Program-made: the position numbers and the translations under genes
The notes under the pieces: generated by a model
Databases searched by the model: none
Told to the model about the DNA's origin: nothing
What the model saw: only the letters and a program-made list of their open reading frames with translations
NCBI GenBank assembly: GCA_964531975.1
Contig: CAZHFU010000001.1
Coordinates: 11,051 to 75,050, forward strand
From: an uncultured Anaerolinea sp.
Lineage (GTDB): Bacteria; Chloroflexota; Anaerolineae; Anaerolineales; UBA4823
Reading direction: 5' to 3'
DNA length: 64,000 nt
Shown: positions 63,237 through 64,000 of the stretch, piece by piece
Numbering within the stretch: the first letter of the stretch is position 1
How the letters are laid out: every line of letters starts with the position of its first letter

Positions 63237-64000
63237 TTATCGGGTGTGAAGCAGCTTGAGGAGGGCGGCTTCTTTCTCGGGGGCCAGGCCGGCGCGCCAG
63301 GTGTAGCCGGCGGGGCGAGCCTGGGCGAAGGTTAAGGCGTCGCGCACGGTTTGGGCTAGCGGGCGAAAGGTCAGGCCGGCCTTGAGCGCCTTCTCAACCG
63401 ATACCGCGTACAGCCCATGGGTTTCAGGGTCGGAGGCGGGCAGCCATAAGGGCAGCTCAATCCAAGGGCCGACATCGTGCGATAGTAAAAATTCATCATC
63501 GGCCCAGGTGAAGCGCGCGTCTGAGCCGGAGACCCGCCGGCAGGTGTCGAAAAGCGATCCTAAGGGGATCGATTCGGGTTGGGAAGTGGCGTTGAACGCG
63601 CCGCGGTGCTCCGTTTCAAGCAGGTGGATGATCCAGCTTGCCAGGTCGCGCACATCGATAAACTGCACGGCGCGCGCTGGCGAAGCCGGGGCCAGGGTTT
63701 CGCCGCCTTGGGCGATGCGCCACGGCCAATAGGTAAAGCGGTCGCTGAGATCGTGCGGGCCGACGATCAGCCCAGGGCGGATGATGAGATGGTTGGCGGG
63801 GAAAGCGCGGCGCACTTCGGCCTCGCACAGCGCCTTGAGCGGGCCATAGAATTCGCCCACTTCGGTCAGGCTGTCTGGTGATAAACCGGCGGGCAGGCGT
63901 GCCAGCGGCGCGTTCTCATCGACGCCCTTCTGGGCCAGGCTTTCGTAGGCCGAGATGGTGGAGATGAAGGTATATTGGTCGGCGAAAGGCTGCAGCGCGG
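63237..64000 (-). CDS. NAD-dependent epimerase/dehydratase (SDR) family protein, 5'-truncated by the window edge
   Basis: The track ORF 63237..63860 starts at an internal GTG. The same frame stays open upstream to position 64000 (...FISTISAYESLAQKGVDENAPLARLPAGLSPDSLTE-). The C-terminal body is typical of extended SDRs (RPGLIVGPHD). Confidence 0.75.
   Translation of the reverse strand, partial: ALQPFADQYTFISTISAYESLAQKGVDENAPLARLPAGLSPDSLTEVGEFYGPLKALCEAEVRRAFPANHLIIRPGLIVGPHDLSDRFTYWPWRIAQGGETLAPASPARAVQFIDVRDLASWIIHLLETEHRGAFNATSQPESIPLGSLFDTCRRVSGSDARFTWADDEFLLSHDVGPWIELPLWLPASDPETHGLYAVSVEKALKAGLTFRPLAQTVRDALTFAQARPAGYTWRAGLAPEKEAALLKLLHTR

Overview
Visibly GC-rich bacterial chromosomal segment. 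The protein content suggests a Chloroflexota/Anaerolineae-like organism, but that is inference only. I support about 56 protein genes, one tRNA-His, several hairpin terminators and one coding tandem repeat. I saw no rRNA, CRISPR array, transposase or integrase. The flanks are housekeeping or accessory metabolism: HIT/thiolase/Hbd, DegV, GH1 beta-glucosidase, prs, a penicillin-acylase homologue, five MFS transporters, a heterodimeric ABC exporter, an amino-acid ABC importer and panB. The main feature is a ~16.5-kb co-directional minus-strand cluster (43381 down to 26851). Its gene order is fdhD, then DRTGG / CBS-GHKL kinase / DRTGG / PHP regulators, then two different NuoE/NuoF-type diaphorase modules, a 650-aa NuoG-like protein, a group-3-type [NiFe] hydrogenase (HoxY/HoxH plus endopeptidase), and a selenocysteine formate dehydrogenase alpha subunit. 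The ORF track splits that last gene at an in-frame UGA that is followed by a SECIS-like hairpin. I read the cluster as a candidate NiFe-based, NAD(H)/ferredoxin-linked formate/H2 system carrying a regulatory cassette otherwise associated with [FeFe] hydrogenases. Other items worth a second look: (1) a pore-less MgtE cytosolic domain protein paired with an NRAMP-family transporter that has a non-canonical metal site, behind a leader terminator; (2) a tandem array of four lipoproteins with NBR1-FW-type domains, plus a fifth copy 18 kb away; (3) a five-gene membrane cluster with an exofacial two-HKD PLD, two paralogous zinc-ribbon membrane proteins and an LPG-synthase-TM-like protein; (4) a polytopic-membrane S8 protease fusion; (5) a bacterial SET-domain protein.
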